Source: an uncultured Verrucomicrobiae bacterium (GTDB lineage Bacteria > Verrucomicrobiota > Verrucomicrobiia > Chthoniobacterales > JAFAMB01). Taken from it: 64,000 nt of DNA. The stretch lies in the NCBI GenBank assembly GCA_963762565.1, contig CAVXLD010000001.1:512001-576000 (forward strand), given 5' to 3'. The notes beneath the pieces were generated by a model. That model had not been told where the DNA came from and searched no databases. It was given only the letters and a program-made list of their open reading frames with translations. The position numbers and the translations under genes were made by a program. Positions 27,224 through 36,558 of this stretch are shown here, piece after piece. The first letter of the stretch is position 1. Each line of letters opens with the position of its first letter.

Positions 27224-28300
27224 ATGGCCCAAATCGGCAAATGCTCCAATCGCGTGGGTTGCACCCTCGCTTATACCGGTCAAGAGATCCGTTTCGAAGG
27301 TTCGCCTATCTGCCCGGAATGCGGGCAACCCTTGACCGAACTCACAAAGCCCAAAAAAAGCAGCAAACTCTGGATATTGATCCTGATCCCGATTGTGCTT
27401 TTGGCGCTCGCAGCGGTGGGATTTTATGCGGTGGAACGGTATGTGGCTGCTGTCGATGCCGCGAAAATCACCCCGACGGCGACTCCGACTGCCACGGCCG
27501 TGGCCCAGAGTTCGGCAAAGACGGACCAGAGCGGAGGAAAGATGGTCGACGGGAAAAGCACGGTACCGGCGGACGTGCTCGACAAAGCCAACAATCAATC
27601 CAGCCAATCGCCGACCGCGCAGCCTGCCTCGTCCGCTGCTACTCCAACGGTGACTCCTGCGCCCGAAACGCAACAATCGCCGCCCGCCACGAAAGAAAAC
27701 CCGCCGGCCGAAGGCCAGTCCCCTCCTGCTGGGGGATCAAGTCCCGATAACCTTAAACACGACAACGCGAGCGCGCAGAAATCGGCCAACACCGGAGGCG
27801 ACAATTCCGCACAAACGGTGGACACGAAACCGAAGGCGTTATCCTCGGCTGACGTAGAGGCCACCAAACAAGATGTATTGAAGCGGATCGCCGCGCTGCC
27901 AAAGATGAGCGAGTCGGAGAAAACAAAGCTGGCCGACAAAGTCGAGACCGCCCGTTCTATGCTACGGGTTGGGGTCGTGTACTTCCCGCCGGGCGGCAGT
28001 ATCCTTCCGAAGCCGTCGGTGGACAAGCTCGTCGACATGTTTAAAGGGCAGGAGCTGGTAGAGAAGATGAGCGATCCGACGTTAGTGTTTATCGTTGCAG
28101 GCTACGCCGATATGAGCGGAGATCCTCGGGGAAACATCAGACTATCCGAAGACCGCGCCCAAGCCGTAGCCAATGCGCTGGCAGAAAGTGCCGGGGTAAT
28201 CAATCTCGTGCGTACCGTCGGCATGGGGGGAACCGAACTCCTAGGTAGCCGGCGACCGGACCAAAATCGGGCGGTGGAAATTTGGGCCGTAATCCCCTAG
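27224..28300 (+). CDS. Membrane-anchored OmpA-like C-terminal domain protein with N-terminal Cys cluster
   Basis: KCSNRVGC...CPECG, one TM, P/T/S/Q linker, GYAD..G....NIRLSEDRAQAV...QNRAVE. Confidence 0.8.
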   Translation: MAQIGKCSNRVGCTLAYTGQEIRFEGSPICPECGQPLTELTKPKKSSKLWILILIPIVLLALAAVGFYAVERYVAAVDAAKITPTATPTATAVAQSSAKTDQSGGKMVDGKSTVPADVLDKANNQSSQSPTAQPASSAATPTVTPAPETQQSPPATKENPPAEGQSPPAGGSSPDNLKHDNASAQKSANTGGDNSAQTVDTKPKALSSADVEATKQDVLKRIAALPKMSESEKTKLADKVETARSMLRVGVVYFPPGGSILPKPSVDKLVDMFKGQELVEKMSDPTLVFIVAGYADMSGDPRGNIRLSEDRAQAVANALAESAGVINLVRTVGMGGTELLGSRRPDQNRAVEIWAVIP

Positions 28301-28304
28301 CTAG

Positions 28305-28349
28305 CCTGCCACGCTAGAAAAAGGCTAAGCCTTTTTCTAGCGTGGCAGG
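28305..28349. repeat. Perfect 22-bp palindrome overlapping the 3' end of the FHA-like gene; probable bidirectional terminator
   Basis: cctgccacgctagaaaaaggct-a-agcctttttctagcgtggcagg. Confidence 0.9.
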
Positions 28350-28720
28350 AGACGGAGCCCGATACGAAGGGCGTCGAATTCTACGTGATGACGGACCTTG
28401 TCCAGAGGACGGCGTTCACCACGGGGTAGTGTGACTCCATCCAAGCGAAGAGGCCTAGTGACGTTCCGTGGTGTCAAAATAAACCATTCCCCTTGGTCCC
28501 TGCCGATGAGCGCATGGCGGGGCTCTAACCCGGGAATATGTTTGAACACCTCAGGAGCCAGATTGGATTCTGCTCCAATGATCGTGCCGTCCCGGCAAGC
28601 AAAAGTCTTGCCTTCAACTACGAGCTCGAGCCGGGCATTCTTAGGCGCAGGCGGACGAAAACCACCTTGTGAACCGAAATCGACCGAGCTCGTTTGCCGG
28701 CCTTCGTCCGAAGAAGACAT
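28337..28720 (-). CDS. Degenerate FHA-like domain protein
   Basis: GTIIG..., EPRHALI....GEWFI, LDGVTL; the canonical GR, SxxH and NG motifs are altered. Confidence 0.55.
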   Translation of the reverse strand: MSSSDEGRQTSSVDFGSQGGFRPPAPKNARLELVVEGKTFACRDGTIIGAESNLAPEVFKHIPGLEPRHALIGRDQGEWFILTPRNVTRPLRLDGVTLPRGERRPLDKVRHHVEFDALRIGLRLLPR

Positions 28721-28726
28721 CAGGCC

Positions 28727-28755
28727 ATGGTAGACAGATTCTTGGCGGGTGCCAA
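28727..28755 (-). promoter_or_regulatory. Putative leaderless sigma70 promoter
   Basis: Minus strand TTGGCA-N17-TACCAT-N6-ATG(28720). Confidence 0.6.
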
Positions 28756-28829
28756 TACAAGAAGAGGCGGCCGGGCCTTAGTAGGGCGAGGCTCCGGATC
28801 TTCCCGGAACCGTTCGCAAGGGGCAAAAT

Positions 28830-28996
28830 CGGGGAGGGCGCGCTGCCTGTCCGACATAGCCTGATGCATCCGATTGATTTTCTCCCACCGGGGCGACGTC
28901 GGATCCCCGCGCGCCGCGAGGATCCGACGTCGCCAGGGCTGAGAAGAAAAGACCCAGGATGGAAGGCTATGTCGGACAGGCTGCGATCCCTCCCCG
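28830..28996. repeat. Family A REP doublet with symmetric 60-nt insertions in both arms
   Basis: ggggagggcgcgc[28844-28903]tccccgcgcgccgcgagga[28923-28982]gcgatccctcccc. Confidence 0.8.
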
Positions 28997-29125
28997 GCGA
29001 TGGGCGTGCATTGAATCCAGAACGAATCCCGCTGGCTACCGGCCCAGCTACAGGTTTAACCGAAGGGTCAACCGAGGGCGAAAATGCCTGCGAACTCCAA
29101 ACAAAAACTGGATTTCCGCCTAACT

Positions 29126-29137
29126 GTGAACGTTCAC
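29126..29137. promoter_or_regulatory. Perfect palindrome, candidate LacI-family operator of the sugar ABC operon
   Basis: GTGAACGTTCAC, CG-centred, about 130 nt upstream of the start. Confidence 0.5.
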
Positions 29138-29265
29138 GTGAAATTCATTTGGAGACCGAACAAAATATTGATCTTTTCCTAGAAAGGCGCTATTCCGGGT
29201 ACGGCGAACCTTCTCCAAAACTCTATCCACAGACCGTTTAGAGAAGGCTAACCCCCCAGTTAACT

Positions 29266-30240
29266 ATGAAATCATTATACTCAATTGCTCGACGAAACCC
29301 AGTAACAGCGCTAACCAGCTTAGCGGTACTCGGGCTCATCAGTACTTCTGGTTTTGCGGCAGACAAGAAGTTGGTCGTCGGCTTCTCCCAAGTCGGCGCC
29401 GAAAGCGGCTGGCGTACCGCAAATACTGAATCCATCAAATCTGAAGCCGCCAAACGCGGCATCGACCTGCGTTTCTCCGACGCTCAACAAAAGGAGGAAA
29501 ACCAGATCAAGGCCATTCGGTCCTTCATCGCTCAGGGTGTCGATGTGATCGCTTTCTCTCCGGTAGTCGAGACGGGGTTTGAACCGGTGTTGCAAGAGGC
29601 GAAAAAGGCGGGGATCCCGGTTGTACTATCGGACCGCGCCGTGAAGGTTTCGGATCCAACCTTATACAAATGTTTCCTCGGTTCGGACTTCATTGAAGAA
29701 GGCAAAAGAGCGGGCAATGAAGCCATCAAGCTGACCGATGGTAAAGCGGGAATCGCGGAATTGGTAGGAACCGTGGGCGCAGCTCCAGCCATCGACCGGG
29801 CAAAGGGTTTTCGTGAAGCGATCGCCAGCCACCCGGACATGAAGATCCTCTTGTCGCAAAGCGGTGATTTCACCCGTGCAAAAGGGAAAGAAGTAATGGA
29901 AGCGTTCTTGAAATCTCCGCAGGCCAAAGAGATCACTCTGCTCTTCGCGCATAACGACGATATGGCTTTAGGCGCGATTCAGGCGATGGAAGAAGCCGGA
30001 ATTAAGCCAGGCCAAGATATCAAGATCGTGTCGATTGACGGCGTCAAGGGGGCCTTCGAGGCGATGAAGGATGGCAAGCTCAATGTTACCGTTGAGTGTA
30101 ATCCGTTGCTCGGTCCGCAGCTATTTGACATCATCGAGAAGGTCGCTAAGGGCGAATCTGTGCCGGCACGAGTTGTCTCTCAAGAGGGAGTGTACGAACA
30201 GGCTCAAGCGGCCGAAGAGCTTCCAAAACGACAGTACTAA
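29266..30240 (+). CDS. ytfQ: Sugar ABC transporter substrate-binding protein (YtfQ/galactofuranose-like)
   Basis: GFSQVGAESGWRTANTESIK, QSGDFTRAKGKEVME, AHNDDMALG, VECNP. Confidence 0.88.
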   Translation: MKSLYSIARRNPVTALTSLAVLGLISTSGFAADKKLVVGFSQVGAESGWRTANTESIKSEAAKRGIDLRFSDAQQKEENQIKAIRSFIAQGVDVIAFSPVVETGFEPVLQEAKKAGIPVVLSDRAVKVSDPTLYKCFLGSDFIEEGKRAGNEAIKLTDGKAGIAELVGTVGAAPAIDRAKGFREAIASHPDMKILLSQSGDFTRAKGKEVMEAFLKSPQAKEITLLFAHNDDMALGAIQAMEEAGIKPGQDIKIVSIDGVKGAFEAMKDGKLNVTVECNPLLGPQLFDIIEKVAKGESVPARVVSQEGVYEQAQAAEELPKRQY

Positions 30241-30298
30241 GAGTTTAACCTCTTAGTCTCTGAGCCGGGCGCTCGCATTGAAGGGCTGAGCGCCCGGG

Positions 30299-30511
30299 TC
30301 TGCTTCGCGTGAGAAGTGAGAAGTGAATAGTGAGAGGTGAGAGGCAACCCGAGTCGAGGGAACGCCGTCAACGCTGCCGGCCCGGACAAAGCCCTGAAGT
30401 GCAACCCAAGAGCGGATCAGGGCTTTTCCTCCATCCGCCAACTGGCGCCACGATTAGACGCAGCAATCACCAATCACAAATCACTAATCACCTCTCACTT
30501 CTCACAGCAGA
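30299..30511. repeat. Inverted GTGAGAR/TCAC heptamer arrays; the stem closes immediately before the ATG at 30512
   Basis: tctgct..gtgagaagtgaga vs tctcacttctcac agcaga; two smaller hairpins at 30236-30257 and 30265-30297. Confidence 0.8.
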
Positions 30512-32038
30512 ATGCCTACGCCTCTTTTAGAGATCGCTGGCCTGAGCAAGAGCTTCCCGGGCGTCAAGGCGCTCGACTCTGTGGACCTAGCGGTTCACGC
30601 CGGGGAGATTCATGCGCTGATGGGAGAAAACGGCGCCGGCAAGAGCACTTTGATTAAAGTGCTGACCGGCGTGTTTCCCCGAGATGCTGGTGAGACCCGA
30701 TTGTCGGGCCAGGAAATAGCACCAAAGTCTCCTGGCGAAGCAGAGGCGCTGGGTATCAGCACCGTGTATCAGGAGGTGAATCTAGTTCCTCATTTGTCAG
30801 TAGCGGAGAACATCTGTATCGGACGTCAGCCGACGTTGTTGGGAATGATCCGCTGGGGTGCAATCGCGAAACGGGCTCGCGCCGCATTGGCCAGGCTGGA
30901 CCTTTCCTTGGACGTGAATCGCCAACTTTCGTCTTATTCGATCGCGATTCAGCAGATGGTAGCCATAGCCAGGGCGCTTGATATCTCGGCCAAGCTCCTG
31001 ATCTTGGACGAACCGACATCGAGCCTCGATAAGACCGAGGTCGAGGAGTTGTTCAAGAAGCTTCGCATTCTCCGCGAGGACGGTCTCGGGATCATCTTCA
31101 TCACTCATTTTCTGGAGCAGGTTTACGAGATTACAGATACCATCACCGTGTTAAGGAACGGATGCAGGGTGGGTTGTTTTGCCACCAAGGACCTGCCGCG
31201 GATTAACTTGGTCTCTCACATGATCGGAAAGAACCTGGGACAAGTTGAAGCCCTCGAACACACCCGGGCGAGCACCGCGACGATCCGCTCGGAGGCGCCA
31301 ATCCTGCGAGCGAACGCATTGGGGAAAAAGGGCTCAATACAACCGCTTGACCTGGAGATCCGGCCGGGAGAAGTCGTCGGACTAGCCGGCTTACTTGGTT
31401 CGGGACGCACCGAAACCGCCCGACTGCTGTTCGGAGTTGATCGTCCGGACCAGGGGACCATCCAGATCAATGATCAGCCGGTAAGATTCAGTTCGCCCCG
31501 CACGGCGATCCGATACCGTATCGCCTTAACCCCAGAGGACCGGAAAGTCGCGGGCGTTGTCCCCAGCTTAACCGTGCGGGAGAATATTATGTTGGCCCTG
31601 CAGGCAAGCCGAGGCAGCTGGCGTCGCTTGTCGCAGTCAGAGCAAGAGAAGCTCGCGGATCGGTTTATTCGCTCGCTGGATATCAAAACGCCCAGCCGCG
31701 AACAAGTCGTCCGAAACTTGAGCGGTGGAAACCAGCAAAAAGTGTTGCTTGCTCGCTGGCTTGCCACAGAGCCGAAATTATTCATTTTGGACGAACCGAC
31801 CCGCGGGATTGATGTCGGGGCGAAGGCGGAGATCGAGAAGTTGATTCAATCCCTAAGGCAAGACGGTTTGGCGGTGCTTTTTATTAGCTCCGAACTAGAA
31901 GAAGTCGTCCGGCAAAGCCAGCGAGTCGTGATTTTGCGGGACCGCCGCAAAGTTGGTGAATTGACAGAGGCAGCGATTTCCGAGCAAGCTATTATGGAGT
32001 CCATCGCAAGTCACAGCTCGGAACGACCGCAGGCATGA
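30512..32038 (+). CDS. ytfR: Sugar ABC transporter ATP-binding protein (two NBDs)
   Basis: GENGAGKST, DEPTSSL, GLLGSGRT, LSGGNQQK, DEPTRG. Confidence 0.92.
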   Translation: MPTPLLEIAGLSKSFPGVKALDSVDLAVHAGEIHALMGENGAGKSTLIKVLTGVFPRDAGETRLSGQEIAPKSPGEAEALGISTVYQEVNLVPHLSVAENICIGRQPTLLGMIRWGAIAKRARAALARLDLSLDVNRQLSSYSIAIQQMVAIARALDISAKLLILDEPTSSLDKTEVEELFKKLRILREDGLGIIFITHFLEQVYEITDTITVLRNGCRVGCFATKDLPRINLVSHMIGKNLGQVEALEHTRASTATIRSEAPILRANALGKKGSIQPLDLEIRPGEVVGLAGLLGSGRTETARLLFGVDRPDQGTIQINDQPVRFSSPRTAIRYRIALTPEDRKVAGVVPSLTVRENIMLALQASRGSWRRLSQSEQEKLADRFIRSLDIKTPSREQVVRNLSGGNQQKVLLARWLATEPKLFILDEPTRGIDVGAKAEIEKLIQSLRQDGLAVLFISSELEEVVRQSQRVVILRDRRKVGELTEAAISEQAIMESIASHSSERPQA

Positions 32039-33150
32039 GCGACTGGTTATCTGACCTCATTTTTTGGATCGCGTTTGCCGTCATTCTTTTTGCCGTACGC
32101 CGGCAACGGATTTTTTGGACACTTGGCGTGCTGGCGTTGCTTCTGCTGTTCGACCAATTTTTCACCCCGGGCTTTTTTCACCTTCAGGTACTGGATGGTC
32201 ACCTTTACGGCTCTCGCATTGACGTACTAAACGAGGGGGCAAAAGTGATGCTTTTGTCCATGGGCATGGTGCTGGTCATTGCCACCGGAGGAGTCGATCT
32301 CTCGGTTGGCGCAGTGATGGCCATCTCCGCCGCCGTGTCATCGCGGCTGCTTGTTACCCAGCAACTGCCGGCAGGTGTGGCGATCGCAGCTGCGCTGGGT
32401 GTCTCGATCCTAGCCGGCGCCTGGAACGGTTTGCTCGTTGCCGGATTCGGCATCCAACCGATTGTGGCAACCCTGGTGTTGATGGTAGCTGGACGCGGTA
32501 TCGCACAGCTGATCACAGAAGGTCAGATCATCAATTTCCTGGACCCGACCATGGTGTACTTGGGAAACGGTCATCTATTTGGTTTGCCTTTTACACTGAC
32601 GCTCGTGGTGGTGATGTTGTTGCTGACTTATTTTTTGGTGCGGAAGACGGCTTTGGGTCTTTTTATCGAGTCGGTCGGCGACAATGACGAGGCCAGCCGC
32701 TACTCCGGCATTAATGCAAAACAGGTGAAGTTCCTGGTCTATACGTTCTCCGGACTTTGTGCGGGGCTCGCCGGACTGGTGGCCTGTTCAAATATTAAAA
32801 GCGCCGACGCTAATAATATCGGTCTCTATTTGGAGTTGGACTCGATTTTGGCGGTTGTAGTCGGCGGGACCTCGCTTCAAGGAGGACGTTTCTATCTGGT
32901 GGGCGCTGTGATCGGCGGCTTATTTATACAAACGCTGACGACCACGTTCTACGCCAAGAATGTCAGTTCCGATATCGCGCCGGTGCCAAAAGCTTTGGTG
33001 ATTATCGCGGTTTGCCTACTCCAGAGCGAAGCATTTCGGACCCGGTTCGCACGGATCCTTGGCCCCTTTCAGAAATTCTTAAAACCGGTTGGCTCTTGGC
33101 TGCCTCGCCATCAGCCGACGGTTGCGCGGCATGATTCGCCTAAACCCTAA
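32035..33150 (+). CDS. ytfT: Sugar ABC transporter permease
   Basis: GGVDLSVG, QPIVATL, ELDSILAVVVGGT; ATGA overlap with the ATPase gene. Confidence 0.88.
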   Translation: MSDWLSDLIFWIAFAVILFAVRRQRIFWTLGVLALLLLFDQFFTPGFFHLQVLDGHLYGSRIDVLNEGAKVMLLSMGMVLVIATGGVDLSVGAVMAISAAVSSRLLVTQQLPAGVAIAAALGVSILAGAWNGLLVAGFGIQPIVATLVLMVAGRGIAQLITEGQIINFLDPTMVYLGNGHLFGLPFTLTLVVVMLLLTYFLVRKTALGLFIESVGDNDEASRYSGINAKQVKFLVYTFSGLCAGLAGLVACSNIKSADANNIGLYLELDSILAVVVGGTSLQGGRFYLVGAVIGGLFIQTLTTTFYAKNVSSDIAPVPKALVIIAVCLLQSEAFRTRFARILGPFQKFLKPVGSWLPRHQPTVARHDSPKP

Positions 33151-34099
33151 ATACATTCCGCTTCTGGCGACCGCTATCGTCCTGGTGGCCGTGTTTGGCA
33201 CCGGTACGGCGCTATACCCGAATTTTGGAACACCGCGGGTTTTTGTGAATCTCTTGAATGATAACGCTTTTGTTGGCGTCGCGGCGATTGGCGAATCGTT
33301 TGTGATTCTGTCTGGCGGCATCGATCTATCGGTGGGTTCAATGGTGGCGTTTGTCGGGATTCTCATCGCCAAACTGCTTCAGGCCGGCTGTGACCCGTTT
33401 CTGGCTATGGGGATTGCACTCTGCGCCGGTACTCTCTCCGGCGCGATTATGGGTTGTCTAATTTACTTTTTCGAAATGCCCCCGTTTTTGGTGACCCTCG
33501 CCGGCCTGTTTTGTCTGCGCGGCCTCGGTTTCGTCATTTACCCTGAATCGATTGGGATCGATCACCCGTTTTACAGCCAGATGCTGCCGCAGCTTTCTAT
33601 CCTCGTGGCTCCAAAAGCGGTCCTGCCATTTACCGCGATGTGTTTCCTGGCGGCGGTTTTAGCGGGTACTTTTATCGCGAATTTCACCCGCTTTGGACGC
33701 AACGTTTACGCGATCGGATCGAACGAGAACTCGGCTCGGCTGATGGGCTTGCCCATTGGCCAAACCAAAATCTTGACTTACGCGCTTGCTGGATTCTTCT
33801 CCGCGGCTGGAGGCGTAGTGGCAACGTTTTACATGCAGTCCGGTAACCCCGCCTCGTTCGTCGGCCTCGAATTGGACGCGATCGCGTCGGTCGTAATCGG
33901 CGGAACTCTACTTACTGGGGGTGTCGGGTTCATCCCTGGGACTTTGATGGGAGTCCTGATCCTGGGGCTTATCCAAACTTTGATCAACTTCAACGGCACA
34001 TTGAATAGCTGGTGGACAAAGATCGTGATCGGCGTTCTGCTGCTGATTTTCATCGTCCTGCAGAAGCTGATCTCGAGAAGGGCTGTGACGCAGTTGTAG
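33131..34099 (+). CDS. yjfF: Sugar ABC transporter permease
   Basis: GGIDLSVGS, PPFLVTLAG, ELDAIASVVIGGTLLTGG, NSWWTKI. Confidence 0.88.
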   Translation: MIRLNPKYIPLLATAIVLVAVFGTGTALYPNFGTPRVFVNLLNDNAFVGVAAIGESFVILSGGIDLSVGSMVAFVGILIAKLLQAGCDPFLAMGIALCAGTLSGAIMGCLIYFFEMPPFLVTLAGLFCLRGLGFVIYPESIGIDHPFYSQMLPQLSILVAPKAVLPFTAMCFLAAVLAGTFIANFTRFGRNVYAIGSNENSARLMGLPIGQTKILTYALAGFFSAAGGVVATFYMQSGNPASFVGLELDAIASVVIGGTLLTGGVGFIPGTLMGVLILGLIQTLINFNGTLNSWWTKIVIGVLLLIFIVLQKLISRRAVTQL

Positions 34100-34192
34100 A
34101 CTTTTTCCGGCAATCGGTCGATCAATAGCGGCCTTCCAGGTGCAAGCCTCCTGAACTCCTACAACTCCTTGAACTCCTGAACTCCTCTCTCT

Positions 34193-34948
34193 ATGAACTA
34201 CCGCATCATCGGAACGACGTTGCCGGTGCTCGAGCTCCAGATGAACCCTGGCGAAAGCGTATTCGCCGTTTCGGGTGAGCTTTCCTGGATGAACAGCGCG
34301 ATCACCATGAATACAACCACTCAATTGGGCGGTGGTGGTGGATTCTTTGGCGCATTGAAACGGATTGCCGGTGGAGGTTCATTATTTATGACCGATTACC
34401 GCGCCGAGGGCGGCGAAGGTCTCTTAGCCTTTGCCACTCGTGTACCAGGTAGCATCCTTTTCCTTGAGATCAGTCCAAGCAATACCTATCTGGTTCATCG
34501 TCACGGTTTTCTATGCGCTACTCACGGCGTCGAACTGAATGTTGCTTTTCAACAAACGCTCGGTGCCGGGATTTTCGGAGGGGACGGTTTTTTGCTCCAG
34601 AAGGTGGCCGGTACCGGTCACGCCTGGATTGAACTAGATGGCGAAGTGGTGACCTACGATCTGCAACCCGGGGAGACTCTACGGGTCCATCCCGGCCATG
34701 TAGGCATGTTCCAGGAATCCGTTGGTTTTCAGATAACCCGGGTGCCTGGCATCAAAAACATGCTGTTCGGCGGAGATGGAATTTTTCTAGCGGCCCTCAC
34801 TGGACCAGGCCGGGTTTGGCTTCAATCCCTGCCTCTATCGAATCTTGCGCATGCTCTTCAACCGTATTTGCCCAGAACAGTGGAACGCGTAGAAGACGCC
34901 GGCGCCGGCGCAGTGATCGGTTCGGTGATACGCGGACTGACGAAGTAG
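34193..34948 (+). CDS. AIM24-family (TIGR00266-like) protein
   Basis: GGGSLFMT, GFLCA, GGDGFLLQK, GGDGIFLAALTGPGRVWLQSLP. Confidence 0.88.
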   Translation: MNYRIIGTTLPVLELQMNPGESVFAVSGELSWMNSAITMNTTTQLGGGGGFFGALKRIAGGGSLFMTDYRAEGGEGLLAFATRVPGSILFLEISPSNTYLVHRHGFLCATHGVELNVAFQQTLGAGIFGGDGFLLQKVAGTGHAWIELDGEVVTYDLQPGETLRVHPGHVGMFQESVGFQITRVPGIKNMLFGGDGIFLAALTGPGRVWLQSLPLSNLAHALQPYLPRTVERVEDAGAGAVIGSVIRGLTK

Positions 34949-35270
34949 GCGACGAAGCGAAAGGGCGAGACGGCGATGGGGCGAACCGTCGATGGGACGA
35001 TAGGCCCGGCAGGGCGAAAATCTCGGCGCGCCCTCGACGGATCATTCAGAACACATATGCACGCGCCGGATTTGAGCCGCGCCGTGCGGTCGCTAGCTCG
35101 CTGCTTCGATGATCCTGAGAACGAAGACGTGGTGGGCGTTGCAACGCGCACGCATGGCTCAAATCCTGCGCGTAGCCATCGATAGAAATGGCGCGTCGTG
35201 GGCGCGCCGAGATTTTCGCCCTACCGGTCCTATCGCCCTTTCGCCATTTCGCCCATTCGCCCATTCGCAA
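34948..35270. repeat. Composite element: octamer arrays - IR1 - IR2 - core - IR2' - IR1' - octamer arrays (copy 1)
   Basis: IR1 agggcgaaaatctcggcgcgcc; IR2 cgcgccggatttgagcc; second copy at ~53029-53348. Confidence 0.85.
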
Positions 35271-35503
35271 AGCGCCCGACACTTGGCTATTCGCCCGAAG
35301 CGCGCTATCCTACCTCCGTTAACAACCTCCCGCGTGAACGAATTATGAATGGAATATTAGAAATCACGCGAACCTCGCATCTGTTCGGATAGCCAATCGT
35401 TCTGCCAAAAGTGGACTCTGCAGTTCTTTCCCACGTACAACGCTCCGGGGGCGAGCTGCGCGGTGATTTGGGCTGCCAAGCGAAACCCTAACTTTTGAAC
35501 TAC

Positions 35504-36292
35504 ATGCGAACCATCCCTATTCGGACACTTAAGGTCACGGAAAATACCGCTACCGGCTCCATGGTTGTGATCGGACTCACGATATCGCTGATACCGCTCG
35601 CGCTTCTCATCCTTCTTTTTACGTTACTCTATCCCGGGCTCAATGCCGACTCCCAAATCGCCAAAAATGCAGTTAAGGTCCACCAAGGCAGGGCTCACGG
35701 TGATGTGGTCTCAACGGTTGTGCTCAGTACGGCGAATTTGCCTATTGATTACGGCATCCCCGGTGGCAAGAAGTTCAGCTCCCAACGTTTGGCATTTGTA
35801 TTCGGAGAGTTTCACCACGAGAAACCTCTCCAGGTCTACTATCTGAAAGGTAGTCCGGAGATTGCCACGACAAATTGGGCTATCGATGCACTACCTTTGC
35901 GGTGGGGCACCTTCTGGGCTTTCGCCATGGTATTCGCGTTTGGTGCCCTGCTTGTCTGGGCGCTAACTGCCGTCGCCCTTTACAACGCAAAAAGTCTGCG
36001 CCGCACTGCCTCAAATCCGGTGGCGATCGAAGCCGCTATTTTCTCCGGCAACCAGGTAAAAAATAACCGCTACTGGAATTACACCTGGCAATTACCAAGC
36101 GGTAAGACTCGAAAGAACCAAGTTGCGTGGTCGCTGGAGCGAGAACCTTACTTCACGAATGAGGCAAAAGATCGAGCATTGGCCGTAGTGTGTGGAAACG
36201 GGCTCGCTCATTTGGTGGATGTCAATGGCCGCCCTTTTGATCTCGGTCCGTCTGAGCTTGAAGACATTGTGAATAAGCTGCGCTCCGCGTGA
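35504..36292 (+). CDS. Hypothetical membrane protein (two TM helices)
   Basis: Long ORF with two hydrophobic segments; no recognised motif. Confidence 0.65.
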   Translation: MRTIPIRTLKVTENTATGSMVVIGLTISLIPLALLILLFTLLYPGLNADSQIAKNAVKVHQGRAHGDVVSTVVLSTANLPIDYGIPGGKKFSSQRLAFVFGEFHHEKPLQVYYLKGSPEIATTNWAIDALPLRWGTFWAFAMVFAFGALLVWALTAVALYNAKSLRRTASNPVAIEAAIFSGNQVKNNRYWNYTWQLPSGKTRKNQVAWSLEREPYFTNEAKDRALAVVCGNGLAHLVDVNGRPFDLGPSELEDIVNKLRSA

Positions 36293-36297
36293 GTTGA

Positions 36298-36489
36298 TCG
36301 TCCTCGTTCTCGTTCTCGTCGTCGTCCTCGTCCTTGGGTTTTAGCGGTTTGCATTCACTGCACGTTTTCATTTGCCGTGACGCCTCGCCTAAGTCCTAAC
36401 TCGATGGGCGACGAAAGCATGCGGTATGCGCTGGGCGTTGGACATCCCGAAGAAATCGAGGACGAGGACGACGACGAGAACGAGGACGA
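36298..36489. repeat. Inverted TCGTYC/GACGAG hexamer arrays around a ~120-bp core
   Basis: tcgtcctcgttctcgttctcgtcgtcgtcctcgtcc vs cgaggacgaggacgacgacgagaacgaggacga. Confidence 0.85.
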
Positions 36490-36558
36490 AGCGCTGTCGC
36501 GAACGGCGAACGGTGAACAGTTAGTTTGATTTGTGAGCGATGCAGGCTAAAAGAGGGA

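Noticed and set aside
28720..28728. Two-codon upstream ORF ATG-GCC-TGA overlapping the FHA-like start
   Set aside because: The first ATG overlaps the predicted -10 box, so it is probably not transcribed
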